Assembly (NCBI RefSeq): GCF_006345805.1
Contig: NW_021836069.1
Coordinates: 1-29,685, forward strand
DNA length: 29,685 nucleotides
Direction of reading: 5' to 3'
DNA from: Octopus sinensis
Lineage: Eukaryota
The notes beneath the pieces were generated by a model. The model saw only the letters and a list, made by a program, of their open reading frames with translations. It did no database searches and was not told the DNA's origin. Shown piece after piece: positions 11,400 to 23,005 of the stretch. Position 1 is the stretch's first letter. Each line of letters begins with the position of its first letter. A program made the translations under genes and the position numbers.

Positions 11400-12158
11400 G
11401 TGCACACATTTACACACACACATGCATGGAAGCACACACATACACATGCTCACTCAGACATGGATACACACACACACACATACTTACACACACACTCACA
11501 CATACACACACACATGCACACAAGCACGCACACAAGCACACACAACCACATGCATTCACACGCACACAAACACACATGCATGCACACACACACACACACA
11601 CACACATGTACACTCAATCAGGCAGACAAACACACAAACACTCACATACATGCTCACACATACATCATACAAACAGACACACATATTGTGTATGTGTGTG
11701 TACTTGTGTGTGTCTGTCTGTGTGTGTGTGTGTACGTACGTGTGTGCCCCTATGTGTATGGTCTTGAATATGTGTGTGTCTGTCTGTGTGTGTGTGCTTT
11801 CAAGTGTTAATGTGCGTGTGTGTATGTGTCCTCGTGCCCCTACTTGCATATGTGTGTGTGTGTGTGTGTACACGCAAGTCCTTGTGTGTGCGTGTGTATG
11901 CGTCCTCTTGTCCCTGCACACGTATATGTGTGCACATGGCATGCACACGTTTGTGTGTGTGTGTATACACGCAAGTCCTTGTGTGTGCGTGTGTATATGT
12001 CCTCCTATCCCTGCACACGTATATGTGTGCGCATGGCATGCACACGTGTGTGTGTGTGTGTACATGCAAGTCCTTGTGTGTGCGTGTGTATGCGTCATCT
12101 TGTCCCTGCACACGTATATGTGTGCGCATGGCATGCACACGTGTGTGTGTGTGTACGT
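11400..12158. repeat. (CA)n followed by (TG)n microsatellite; includes three ~96 bp units at ~11860-12158
   Basis: cacgcaagtcc anchors at 11871, 11968 and 12063. Confidence 0.9.
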
Positions 12159-12419
12159 GTGCCAGAAATAAACTCTGGCTGATGACAATGCACAGACAGT
12201 GCAGATGCATTGTTCCTGCATTCACATACCTATGTGTGTGCATCGCAAATGCATCACCACTGATGCATGTGACAAGCACTTCAAGAATGCATCTCTTACC
12301 ATGATTCAGGCCTGCAGAATTGCAGTCTGTGTCTGCATGTGTATGCGTGTGTGGGGGTATATAGGTGTGTGTGTGTGTTTATGTCTGAGCTAATGTTTCT
12401 ATGCATGTGGATATACGTA

Positions 12420-12608
<189 letters not shown>

Positions 12609-12816
12609 TTCTTTTATTTGTTTCAGTCATTTGAAAGTGGCCATGCTGGAGTACAGCCTTTAGTTGAACAAATTGCCCCCAGGACTTATTCTATGTAAGC
12701 CTAGTACTTATTCTATCGGTCTTTATTGCTGAACTGCTAAGTTACGGGCACGTAAACATCCCAGCATCAGTTGTCAAGCGATGTTGGGGGGGACAAATGC
12801 AGACACACAAACATAT

Positions 12817-12847
<31 letters not shown>

Positions 12848-12879
12848 CACATAAACACATACATACATACACACATATG

Positions 12880-12910
<31 letters not shown>
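12609..12910 (-). mobile_element. SINE B, 3' half only
   Basis: tttgtttcagtcatttgaaagtggccatgctgg...ggacaaatgcagacacacaaac; head is missing. Confidence 0.88.
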
Positions 12911-12911
12911 T

Positions 12912-13000
12912 TCATCATCATTGTTTAACATCTGCTTTCCATGTTGGCATGAGTTGGACGGTTTCACTGAGGACTGGCAAGCCTGAAGGCTGCACCAGGC
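12912..13000 (-). mobile_element. Family G 3' fragment
   Basis: catcatcattgtttaacatctgctttccatgttggcatgagttggacgg...ggctgcaccaggc. Confidence 0.85.
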
Positions 13001-13001
13001 C

Positions 13002-13054
<53 letters not shown>

Positions 13055-13084
13055 ATCAAAAAGATGTGTTATATACTATTTCAC

Positions 13085-13344
13085 GTGTTTTATTGTTCAA
13101 ACCAGCCTTATCAAGCCTTTCATACCTACCCTACAATGTCATTTTAAAAATATATAATCACATCATTGAAATCTCAAAGCTATGATATAATCCATGATTA
13201 ACTCAAAACAATGTGGATAAATAAAGATTACATTTGACAGATTAATCTGAATGCTAAAGGCTAAACACTTTAGTATTTTAACCTGCTGTCTCAGGACAAT
13301 CAGATCAGGCCTCTTACACCTGCCCTACAATATCACTCCTAAAT
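13085..13344. mobile_element. Degenerate MITE-like element plus the start of a second copy, head-to-tail
   Basis: Inverted junction aatgctaaag (13251-60)/ctttagtatt (13269-78); acctaccctacaatgtc (~13124) recurs as acctgccctacaatatc (~13318). Resembles, from memory, a TTAA-CCCTTT-ended MITE. Confidence 0.5.
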
Positions 13345-14152
13345 GACGTGTACACGTGTGTGTGTGTATGTCTATTTGTGCGAATGTGTGTGTGCATATG
13401 CATTTGTGTGTGTGGTTGTGTGCGTATGTGTGTGTGTTTTACACTTCATCTATGTGCATAAATGTGTGTATGTACGTATGTATGTATGTGTGTCTGTGTG
13501 TGTGTGTGTTTTGGTGTCTGTGTGTTTTGGAGTGTGTGTGTGTGTGTATATATATGTATGTGTTTTCGTGTGTGTAAGTGTGTTTTACACTTCGTCTCTG
13601 TGCATAAATATGTGCGTATGTATGCATTTGTCTATGTGTGTGTGTGTATGTGTTTCGGTGTGTGTGTGTGTGTGTTTCAGTGTGCGTGTGTATGTGTTTC
13701 GGTGTGTGTGTGTGTGTATGTGTTTCGGTGTGTGTGTGTGTGTATGTGTTTCGGTGTGTGTGTGTATGTGTTTCGGTGTGTGTGTGTGTGTTTCAGTGTG
13801 CGTGTGTATGTGTTTCGGTGTGTGTGTGTGTGTGTATGTGTTTCGGTGTGTGTGTGTGTGTATATGTGTTTCGGTGTGTGTGTGTGGGTGTGTTTCAGTG
13901 TGCGTGTGTATGTGTTTCGGTGTGTGTGTGTGTGTGTATGTGTTTCGGTGTGTGTGTGTGTGTTTCAGTGTGCGTGTGTATGTGTTTCGGTGTGTGTGTG
14001 TTTCGGTGTATGTGTTTGTGTGTGTGTGTGTTACAATCAGTCTGTCTGTGCAAAGCTGTGTGTGTGTATGTATGCGTGCCTATGTAATGTATGTATTGCA
14101 TGTATATGTTTGGGTATGTATATGTATATATGTATGCAGGTGTGTGTATGAA

Positions 14153-14189
<37 letters not shown>

Positions 14190-14190
14190 T
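13345..14190. repeat. (TG)n with gtgtatgtgtttcggt(gt)n minisatellite (~13640-14030)
   Basis: Direct reading. Confidence 0.95.
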
Positions 14191-14384
14191 ATATGCTTTT
14201 ATTACTGTATTTACGGAAACAGATGACAGGAGTAGAACAACAGTAACAACAAGAAGAATGGTTTGCAGGTGGGGAGTGAGCAGGAGGAGTGGAAGAGGGC
14301 GTGGAAGGAGAGGAGTCTTTGTGAGAGGAGACAAACTGTGACACATGGAGGAGGTTCAGATGGGTTGGTTGGTGCGGATAGAGA

Positions 14385-14852
14385 GAGAGAGAGAGAGAGA
14401 GATAAATAGATAGACAGAGAGCAAGAGAGAGAGAGAGAGATAGATGGACAGATAGATAGATAGATAGATAGATAGACAGAGAGCGAGAGAGAGAGAGAGA
14501 GAGAGAGAGATAGACAGAGAGTGAGAGAGAGAGAGATATAGATGGACAGATAGATAGATAGACAGAGAGAGAGAGAGATATATATAGATGATAGATAGAT
14601 GGATAGATAGATAGATAGATAGATAGAGACAGTGAGCAAGAGATATAGATAGATAGACGGATAGATAGACGGATAGATAGATAGATAGATAGATAGATAG
14701 AGACAGTGAGCAAGAGAGATAGATAGAAGGACAGACAGATATATAGGTATGTAGATGGATAGATAGATGGGCAGATAGATCTATAGGTAGGTAGATGGAT
14801 ATACATAGATAGGTGACAGGCAGATAGATAGATAGGTAGGTATATAGATAGC

Positions 14853-14883
<31 letters not shown>

Positions 14884-15060
14884 GTAGGTAGGTATATAGA
14901 TAGATAGGTAGGTAGTAGGCAGATAGATAGATAGATAGGTAGGTAGGCAGATAGATAGATAGATAGATGATATAAATAAAAAGAAACAATAGACTGTGGG
15001 ATAAACGGATAGATAGCCAGGCAGGTACATCATCAGATAGATAGATAGGTAGATCAATAG
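14385..15060. repeat. (AG)n/(GATA)n/(GGTA)n microsatellite
   Basis: Direct reading. Confidence 0.96.
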
Positions 15061-15234
15061 TTAGAGAGAGTAGGAGAGAGAGAGATAGTGTTGTATGACA
15101 GACAAAGGTAGTTACAGACAAAGAAGATGTGGTTGTGGGTAAGGGGGAGGGAGGATTCGGTCTGGAATGATTTTTGCCGAAATTCTTCCTGTATTTGTCA
15201 CGTGGAATGAGGTGAGTTGTAAAAGTTATGTAGG

Positions 15235-17150
15235 CAGTGGTGGTGGTGGTGGCTGCGACGGCGTGACAATGCTGGTGGTGGTGGTGGTGGTGATGGTGGT
15301 GGTGGTGGTGATGGTGGTGGTGATGGTGATGGTGATGGTGGTGATGGTGATGGTGGTGGTGGTGATGGTGTGATGGTGATGGTGGTGGTGGTGATGGTGG
15401 TGATTGTGATGGTGGTGGTGGTTGGTGATGGTGGTGGTGATGGTGATGGTGATGTGGTGGTGTGTGATGGTGATGGTGGTTGGTGGTATGGTGTGGTGGT
15501 GGTGTGGTGATGGTGGGTGGTGATGGTGGTGGTGGTGATGGTGGTGGTGGTGATGGTGATGGTGTGATGGTGATGGTGTGGTGTGATGGTGGTGGTGGTG
15601 ATGGTGGGTGATGGTGATGGTGGTGGTGGTGGTGATGGGTGGTGGTGATGTGATGGTGATGGTGGGTGGTGGTGATGGGATGGTGGTGGTGGTGATGTGG
15701 TGGTGGTGGTGGTGGTGATGGTGGTGGTGATGGTGGTGGTGGTGATGGTGGTGGTGGGATGGTGATGGTGGGGTGGTGGTGGTGATGGTGGTCGTGGTGG
15801 TGATGGTGATGGTGGTGATGGTGATGGTGGTGGTGGTGGTGGTGGTGATGGTGATGGTGTGGTGGTGGTGTGGTGGTGGTGATGGTGATGGTGTGTGGTG
15901 ATGGTGATGGTGGTGGTGGTGATGGTGGTGATGGTGATGGTGGTGGTGGTGGTGATGGTGGTGGTGATGGTGATGGTGATGGTGGTGGTGGTGATGGTGA
16001 TGGTGGTGGTGGTGATGGTGGTGGTGGTGGTGGTGGTGATGGTGGTGGTGATGGTGGTGGTGGTGATGGTGGTGGTGGTGATGTGATGGTGGTTGGTGGG
16101 TGTGATGTGGTCGTGGTGGTGATGGTGATGGTGGTGATGGTGATGTGGTGGTGGTGTGGTGGTGATGGTGGTCGTGGTGGTCGTGGTGGCTGCGACGGTG
16201 TGACGGTGATGGTGGTGGTGGTGGTGATGGTGGTGGTGGTGATGCTGGTGGCGGTGGTGGCGGTGGTGGTGGTGGTGGTGGTGGCTGCGATGTGACAATG
16301 CTGGTGATGGTGGTGGTGGTAAAAAGGATGCGGATAACAATAATGAGGATGACAACGACGACGACGATGATGATGATGATGATGACAACGACAGTAGTCG
16401 GTGGGGGTGGGGGTGGGGGTGGGGTGGTGGCAGGACGGTGATGCTTGGATCGAAATGTAAAGTTAAAACTGAACTGAATGGACACGGGTTGTGGAAGGGA
16501 GGAGAGGAGAAGGTGAAGGGGGGTGTCATGCAGGAGTGACATCATCATGGAGGTGGTAGTGGTGGTGGTGGTGGTGGCAGTAGTGGTGATAGTGGTAGTT
16601 GTAGTAGTGATTGTGATCATAGTTGTGGTGTTGGTGGTGGTAGTGGTGTTGGTGGTAGTGGTGGTGGTGGTGGTGGCAGTAGTGGTGATAGTGGTAGTTG
16701 TAGTAGTGATTGTGATCATAGTTGTGGTGTTGGTGGTGGTGGTGGTGGTGGTAGTGGTGTTGGTGGTAGTGGTAGTGGTGGTGGCAGTAGTGGTGATAGT
16801 GGTAGTTGTAGTAGTGATTGTGATCATAGTTGTGGTGGTGGTGGTAGTGTGTTGGTAGTAGTGGTGGTGGTACTGGTGGTTGTAGTAGTTATTGTGGTGG
16901 CGGTAGTTGTACTGGTAGTGGTAGTTGTCGTAGTGATTGTGGTGGTGGTGATAGTGGTGTTAGTGGTAGTGTGGTGGTGGTACTGGTGGTTTAGTAGTCA
17001 TTGTAGTGGTTGTAGTGGTAGATGTACAGGTGGTGGTAGTTGTAGTGATTGTGGTGGTGGTATTGGCAATAGTTGTCGTGGTGGTGGTGATGATGTAAAC
17101 AGTGTTGGCGTTGGTGGTGGTAGTGGTGGTAGTGATGATAACGGTTGCAG
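15235..17150. repeat. ~1.9 kb compound (GGT/GAT/AGT)n microsatellite
   Basis: Direct reading; source of the 443 and 533 aa low-complexity ORFs. Confidence 0.96.
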
Positions 17151-17174
17151 TTGTCATAGTGCAAGGAAAACACT

Positions 17175-17230
17175 GGTGGTGCTCCAGCATGGCCACAGCC
17201 ATTGGGCTGAAACATATAAAAGAACAAGAG
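17175..17230 (+). mobile_element. Short SINE B 3'-tail fragment
   Basis: ggtggtgctccagcatggccacagcc...gctgaaaca. Confidence 0.65.
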
Positions 17231-17318
17231 AGTAAACATACCAAAAGCTTTAACATCAAAGAATATGGATACCGAGTCAAGAAAAGGGCTGTGTATATAC
17301 ACACATATACATACATAC

Positions 17319-17349
<31 letters not shown>

Positions 17350-17354
17350 TATAT

Positions 17355-17583
17355 AGGAGTGGCTGTGTGGTAAGTAGCTTGTTTACCAACCACATGGTTC
17401 TGGGTTCAGTCCCACTGCGTGGCACCTTGGGTGAGTGTCTTCTACTATAGCCTCGGGCCGACCAATGCCTTGTGAGTGGATTTGGTAGGCGGAAATTGAA
17501 AGAAGCCCGTCGTATATATGTGTATATATATATATATATATGGCCGCAGTCAAATCACTGAAACAAGTAAAAGAGTAAAAGAG
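17355..17583 (+). mobile_element. SINE B with internal deletion (5' half + (TA)n + last ~43 bp)
   Basis: Head to gaagcccgtcgta, then (TA)n joined directly to tggccgcagtcaaatcactgaaacaagtaaaagagtaaaagag. Confidence 0.9.
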
Positions 17584-17602
17584 TATATATATATATATAT
17601 AC

Positions 17603-18050
17603 CCACATTACAGCATCAAAACAGACACCAAGTGGTATAAGCACGTGCCAAACAAGATACCGGACAACGACCAGGCCACAATCATCTGGGATATGCTGGT
17701 TCAAACCAACAAAGAAATAAAAGCTAATGACCCAGATATAATAATCAAGGACTGGTGGGGAAGAAAACACCTGCTTACTGATAGACATTGCGGCCCCTTC
17801 TGATCCAAATATTGCCAAAAAAGAAGTGGAGAAATTGTCAAAGTACAAAGACCTTGAAATTGAAGTATTCAAGATGTGGGACATGAAGGTAAAAACAATA
17901 CCAGTAATAATTGGAGCATTGAGCATGATAAAAATACATATGAACAAATATGTTGAAGCTATACCTGGATCCTCAACACTACACACTATCCATAAAATAG
18001 CCCTGCTTGGAACAGCCCATATTCTACGTAAGACACTATCAATCCAGTAA
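17603..18050 (+). mobile_element. 5'-truncated, frameshifted restriction-like endonuclease C-terminus of an R4/Dong-like non-LTR retrotransposon
   Basis: Frame 1: KWYKHVPNKIPDNDQATIIWDMLVQTNKEIKANDPDIIIKD. Frameshift at ~17755. Frame 2: ENTCLLIDIAAPSDPNIAKKEVEKLSKYKDLEIEVFKMWDMKVKTIPVIIGALSM...IALLGTAHILRKTLSIQ*. This is the PD..D..K pattern of RLE LINEs. Confidence 0.9.
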
Positions 18051-18343
18051 TAGAGCCCAAACAAAACAACCCACAAACACAAGACATGTTCTATACAGCA
18101 AATAAACTTCCATGAAAATAAACTTCCATGAGCAAGCTAGATAACCAATGCATTACACAACACACAATACAAAGGTTAACACAATGAAAGGCTACATCAC
18201 ACCTCAAGAGAAAAAAAAACTAACACAATACAGTACTGGGGAAAGTTTTCACGCACCCAATGGTAGAGAAGAGCCCACAATGCTGTACTCACCCCAGCCA
18301 CACGGAGGTGTAGCAAGTGATGCAGTAGAAATTTGCCTCAACA

Positions 18344-18730
18344 GCAGGAGTGGCTGTGTGGTAAGTAGCTTGTTTACCAACCACATGGTTCCGGGTTCAG
18401 TCCCACTGCGTGGCACCTTGGGCAAGTGTCTTCTACTATAGCCTCGGGCCGACCAATGCCTTGTGAGTGGATTTGGTAGGCGGAAACTGAAAGAAGCCTG
18501 TCGTATTATGTATATATATATATGCGTTTGTGTGTCTGTGTTTGTCCCCCTAGCATTGCTTGACAACTGATGCTGGTGTGTTTACGTCCCCGTTACTTAG
18601 CGGTTCGGCAAAAGAGACCGATAGAATAAGTACTGGACGTAGAAAAGAATAAGTCCCGGGTTCGAGTTGCTCGATTAAAGGCGATGCTCCAGCATGGCCG
18701 CAGTCAAATGACTGAAACAAGTAAAAGAGT
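18344..18730 (+). mobile_element. Full-length SINE family B
   Basis: gcaggagtggctgtgtggtaag...gactgaaacaagtaaaagag. Confidence 0.93.
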
Positions 18731-18756
18731 GTACCAAATGTTGAACAAATAAATAG

Positions 18757-18956
18757 TAATAATAATAATAATAATGGCTTCAAATTTTGCCACAGGGGTA
18801 GCCATTTCAGGGGATTACATCGACCCCAGTGTTTGACTGGTACTTATTTATCAACGCCTGGAAAGATGAAAGGCAAAGTCGACCTCGGCAGGATTTGAAC
18901 TCAGAACTCAGATGGGTGAGTTTGCCCGGCGAGGAAAATATTCTGTCGGCTCACTG
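18757..18956 (-). mobile_element. SINE family A, (AAT)n tail
   Basis: catcgaccccagtgtttgactggtacttattt...gatgaaaggcaaagtcgacctcggcaggatttgaactcagaac is the reverse complement of the A core and B-box. Confidence 0.85.
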
Positions 18957-18989
18957 CTTTAAGGTTTCTAAATGTTATACACATCAATC

Positions 18990-19422
18990 ACATTTATCGT
19001 CATCATAATCATCATCATTGTTATCATCATCATCGTTGCTGCCGTCATCATCATCATCGTTGTCATCATCATCGTCATAGTCATCATCACCATGGTGGTC
19101 ATCATCATTGTCATCATCATCATCATAGTCGTCATTGCCATAGTCATCATCATCATAGTCGTCATCGTCATCATCATAGTCGTCATTGTCATAGTCATCA
19201 TCATCATTGTCATCATAGTCGTCATCATCATCATCATCATTGTTGTCATCATCATCATAGTCATCATCATCGTCGTCATCATCATTGTCATCATCATCAT
19301 CATCATCATCATAGTCGTCATTGTCATAGTCATCATCATCATTGTCATCATAGTCATCATCATCATCATCATAGTCGTCGTCATCATCATCATCATCATA
19401 GTCATCATCATAGTAATCATCA

Positions 19423-19458
<36 letters not shown>

Positions 19459-19478
19459 TCATCATCATCATCATCACT
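18990..19478. repeat. (CAT/CGT)n microsatellite
   Basis: Direct reading. Confidence 0.97.
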
Positions 19479-19556
19479 GAAAGTCCGTTTTCCATGTTGG
19501 CGTGGATGGACCGTCTCGCCAGGAACTGGGAAGGCCAGGATCCACGCCAAGTTCCA
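19470..19556 (-). mobile_element. Degenerate family G tail fragment
   Basis: gtccgttttccatgttggcgtggatggaccg follows (CAT)n. Confidence 0.65.
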
Positions 19557-19577
19557 ATGGCATTACGATTATTATCA

Positions 19578-19663
19578 GGTGAGTGGCAGGTGAGAAATCA
19601 GTGGCAGGCCAGAGGAGATGCTGCCTAAGCGATTCATCGGTCTCTACATTCCGAGTTCAAATT
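19578..19663 (+). mobile_element. Degenerate SINE A head, truncated after the B-box
   Basis: ...tctctacattccgagttcaaatt matches tgtctttacgttctgagttcaaatt. Confidence 0.5.
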
Positions 19664-20169
19664 TCTGATGACGAAAGATGATGGTGTTGATGATGACGAT
19701 GATTATGATGATGGTTATGATGACGATGGTTATGATGACGATGGTAATGATATTGATGCATTAGTTGTGGGAGGTGGTGACGGCAACGATGTCAGTGCCA
19801 ATGAAAGTAAGTGGTGATGACGGTGATGAGGATGGCAACGAATATGGTGGTGGTGGTGGTGGTGATGACGGAGAAGTTGTGATGATGACGGATGCTGAAC
19901 GGAGATATGACAACGGCAACCACAACGATGACGGGTTCTGACGATGACAAAGAGTGGCAGGGTAGAAAGAGGTGGGGAGGGGAGGGTGGTGGGGAGGGGA
20001 GGGGAGGGGTGGTGGGGAGGCGGCTGTCTAATTCCATTGTCATTGTGACATCATTCTGGCACACTGACACACTGCGTGTGTGACGTGTCGAATCCCCTCT
20101 CCTCACCGCTCACCGACACCACCACCACCACCTCCCCCTTTCGTACCATCTGCCATTGTATTGTTTTCA

Positions 20170-20820
20170 TCATCACTATGGTCAAGACCATTGCCACTGC
20201 CACCACCACCACCACCACCACCATCACTATCCTCTTCCTCCACCTCATCATCACCACCGTCACCACCATCGTTATTACCACCATTCATCTCTTCCTTCTC
20301 CTCTTCCTCGTCATATTGATGATGATGATCATCATCATCATCATCACCATTGCTACCACCACCACCACCATCATCATCACCATCATTATCACTACCACCA
20401 TGATCATCACCACCATTATCATCATCACCATTGTCATCACTGCCACCACCATCACCACTACCACCATCTCCACTACTACTACAACCACCACCACTACCAC
20501 CATAACCTCTATCAGCACAACCACCACCACCGCCAGCACCAGCACCACCACTACCACCACAACCTCTATCACCACTGCCACCATCACCACCACAACCTCT
20601 ATCACTATCATCTGAACCACTATCACCACCACCACCACTACCACCACAACCTCTATCACCACTGCCACCATCACCACCACAACCTCTATCACTATCATCT
20701 GAACCACTATCACCACCACCACCACTACCACCACAACCACTATCACCACCACCACCACTACCTCTGCCGCCGGCACCACCACCACCACCACCACCACCAT
20801 CACCAATATCTCCACCATGA
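20170..20820. repeat. (CAC/CAT)n microsatellite with an ~87 bp higher-order duplication (~20545-20720)
   Basis: aacctctatcactatcatctgaaccactatcacc occurs twice. Confidence 0.93.
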
Positions 20821-21076
20821 TCTTTACCACCAAGTAATACCAATAAGCAACAAAAAAAAAACGATGAAATATCTGCACCCATTACACCTGAATTTTATCT
20901 GAGGCGAATTGTCTCACCTGTTCAAGACTTCCAGGTATTTTGACACCTACCATTATGAGCAAGCGAGTCATCCCCAAGTGCTGTCTTGCAGCAAATCTGA
21001 CAAAGAAACAAAACACCTACTTTGAGTCTGTGCGGTCGATAATGATTACAACACTAGCACGGCTTTCGAATACGAA

Positions 21077-21231
21077 GCAGGTGTGGCTGTGTGGTAAGTA
21101 GCTTGCTTCCCAAGCACGTGGTTCCAGGTTCAGTCCCACTGCGTGGCACCTTGGGTGAGTGTCTTCTTCTACAGCCTCGGCCTGACCAAAGCCTTGTGAG
21201 TGGATTTAGTAGATGGAAACTGAAAGAAGCC
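21077..21231 (+). mobile_element. SINE B 5' half, joined to a family G body
   Basis: gcaggtgtggctgtgtggtaag...ggaaactgaaagaagcc, then non-B sequence instead of the central microsatellite. Confidence 0.88.
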
Positions 21232-22015
21232 TAGAGTGATCCGCTGTGCTTGAGGAGACCTATTGAGTCAACATCACACCAACATCAAATCAAAATCAAA
21301 TGGAAACTGTAGTTAAGACTAGCAGTATCGCCCGGCGTTGCTCGGGTTGTAAGGGAAAAACTATAAAGCATTTTTTAGAGAGTTATAGCCAAAAAATAGC
21401 AAAAAATGGAAAAAAAATGATGGTATTTTTTTTTTGAGAGTTAAAAAATGGTCGAGTTGCGTCCCCAGACAGTCTGTGGTTTGTGTTTCTGATTCTCGAC
21501 CCATGTCGAATTTATTGATTTTTTTCAGAACTGGGGGAACTTTTCAAAATTTTTCGCTGCGGTTATTTTTGAATTATGACATTGGGCTATGTGTGTGTCA
21601 AGTTTCATCAGAATCGGTTGAAAGCAGTGGTCAGAGTGAGGGTACAAGCAAACAGACACACAGACAGACAAACTGCCGTTTATATAGAGAGAGATACCTG
21701 TGCCGGTGGGACGTAAAAAGCACCATCCGAATGTGGCAGATGCCAGCAGCCGCCTGACTGGCGTCGATGTCAGTGACATGTAAAAGCACCAGCCGATCGT
21801 GGCCATTTGCCAGCCTCCTCTGGCCCTTATGCCGGTGGCATGTAAAAAGCACCCACTACACTCTCATAGTGGTTGGTGTTAGGAAGGGCATCCAGCTGTA
21901 GAAACACTGCCAGATCAGATGGGCCTGGTGCAGCCTCCTGGCTTCCCAGACCCTGGTCGAACCGTCCAACCCATGCCAGCATGGAAAACAGATGTTAAAC
22001 GATGATGATGATGAT
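21232..22015 (+). mobile_element. Family G element with (GAT)n tail, split by a Helitron
   Basis: 21695-22015: three gtggcacgtaaaaagcacc-type units, ggttggtgttaggaagggcatccagctgtagaaac, then tail. The rejoined junction tggaaactgtagttaaga|tacctgtgccgg matches the intact copy at ~28550-28578 (minus). Confidence 0.88.
21319..21694 (-). mobile_element. Non-autonomous Helitron, 376 bp
   Basis: Minus strand begins TC(TCTCTCTATATAAAC) and ends with the hairpin CCCGAGCAACGCCGGG, 8 nt, CTAG. Inserted between host A and T with no TSD. Carries (CAGA)n and aagtttcatcagaatcgg motifs like Lep1-type Helitrons. Confidence 0.9.
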
Positions 22016-22041
22016 ATACTGTGTGTATGTGTGTTTGTGAA

Positions 22042-22330
22042 GGTGCATGGCCTAATGGTTAGGGTATTGCATTCATGATTGCAAGGATGTGGGTTCAGTT
22101 TCCAGACTGGGTGGTACAATATGTCCTTGAGCAAAACACTTCATTCCACCTAGCTCCACTCCACTCCGCTTTACAAGGCTCACCCTGCGACAGACTAGCC
22201 TTCCCATCAGTGGGTACATTGGTCTGTTTGCCTGGCCAGTGGGGTGGCATCATCCAAAGGCTAAATCAATACAAAAATGCATTGTGATCAGCGATGTATA
22301 CAGCATCCAGTTGTCTGACTGACACCATGG
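22042..22330 (+). mobile_element. tRNA-derived CORE-like SINE family H
   Basis: ggtgcatggcctaatggttaggg (A-box), gggttcagtttcc (B-box-like), tgtccttgagcaaaacactt (CORE-like). Confidence 0.75.
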
Positions 22331-22547
22331 TAGGAGAGGTGATGGCTCACTTGCAGCCACCTCTGTCACCTGACTTCTAGAGGCCCCCTGCAACTTTTTG
22401 TTTCAAGGCCCCATCCCTTCAATCAAGATTCATAATCTACGCACTTTTAATTCCTAGCTATATTTTATTTTATTCTATCTGAAGTTATCCTAAAGAACAT
22501 CTTTTGAAGCACAACAATATATTCAGGTCTGTTCTATATTTCAGAGA

Positions 22548-22933
22548 ATGTGGAGGCGCAATGGCCCAGTGGTTAGGGCAGCGGACTCGCGGTCGTAGGA
22601 TCGCGGTTTCGATTCCCAGACCGGGCGTTGTGAGTGTTTATTGAGCGAAAACACCTAAAGCTCCACGAGGCTCCGGCAGGGATTGTGGTGATCCCTGCTG
22701 TACTCTTTCACCACAACTTTGTCTCACTCTTACTTCCTGTTTCTGTTGTACCTGTATTTCAAAGGGCTGGCCTTGTCGCTCTCTGTGTCACGCTGAATAT
22801 CCCCGAGAACTACGTTAAGGGTACACGTGTCTGTGGAGTGCTCGGCCACTTACACGTTAATTTCACGAGCAGGCTGTTCCGTTGATCGGATCAACTGGAA
22901 CCCTCGTCGTCGTAACCGACGGAGTGCTTCCAC
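22548..22933 (+). mobile_element. tRNA(Arg)-like SINE family C, tail type 2, with perfect 12 bp TSD
   Basis: Head shared with 6764; ATATTTCAGAGA at 22536-22547 and 22934-22945. Confidence 0.93.
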
Positions 22934-23005
22934 ATATTTCAGAGATGAGGAATTATTTACATTATTTACATTTGACGGATATTTGTCCTCATCTTGTTTG
23001 TTGTC

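Noticed and set aside
15118-15215. KEDVVVGKGEGGFGL resembling a PDZ GLGF loop
   Set aside because: Immediate stop codon; needs a frameshift to continue and the rest does not fit PDZ.
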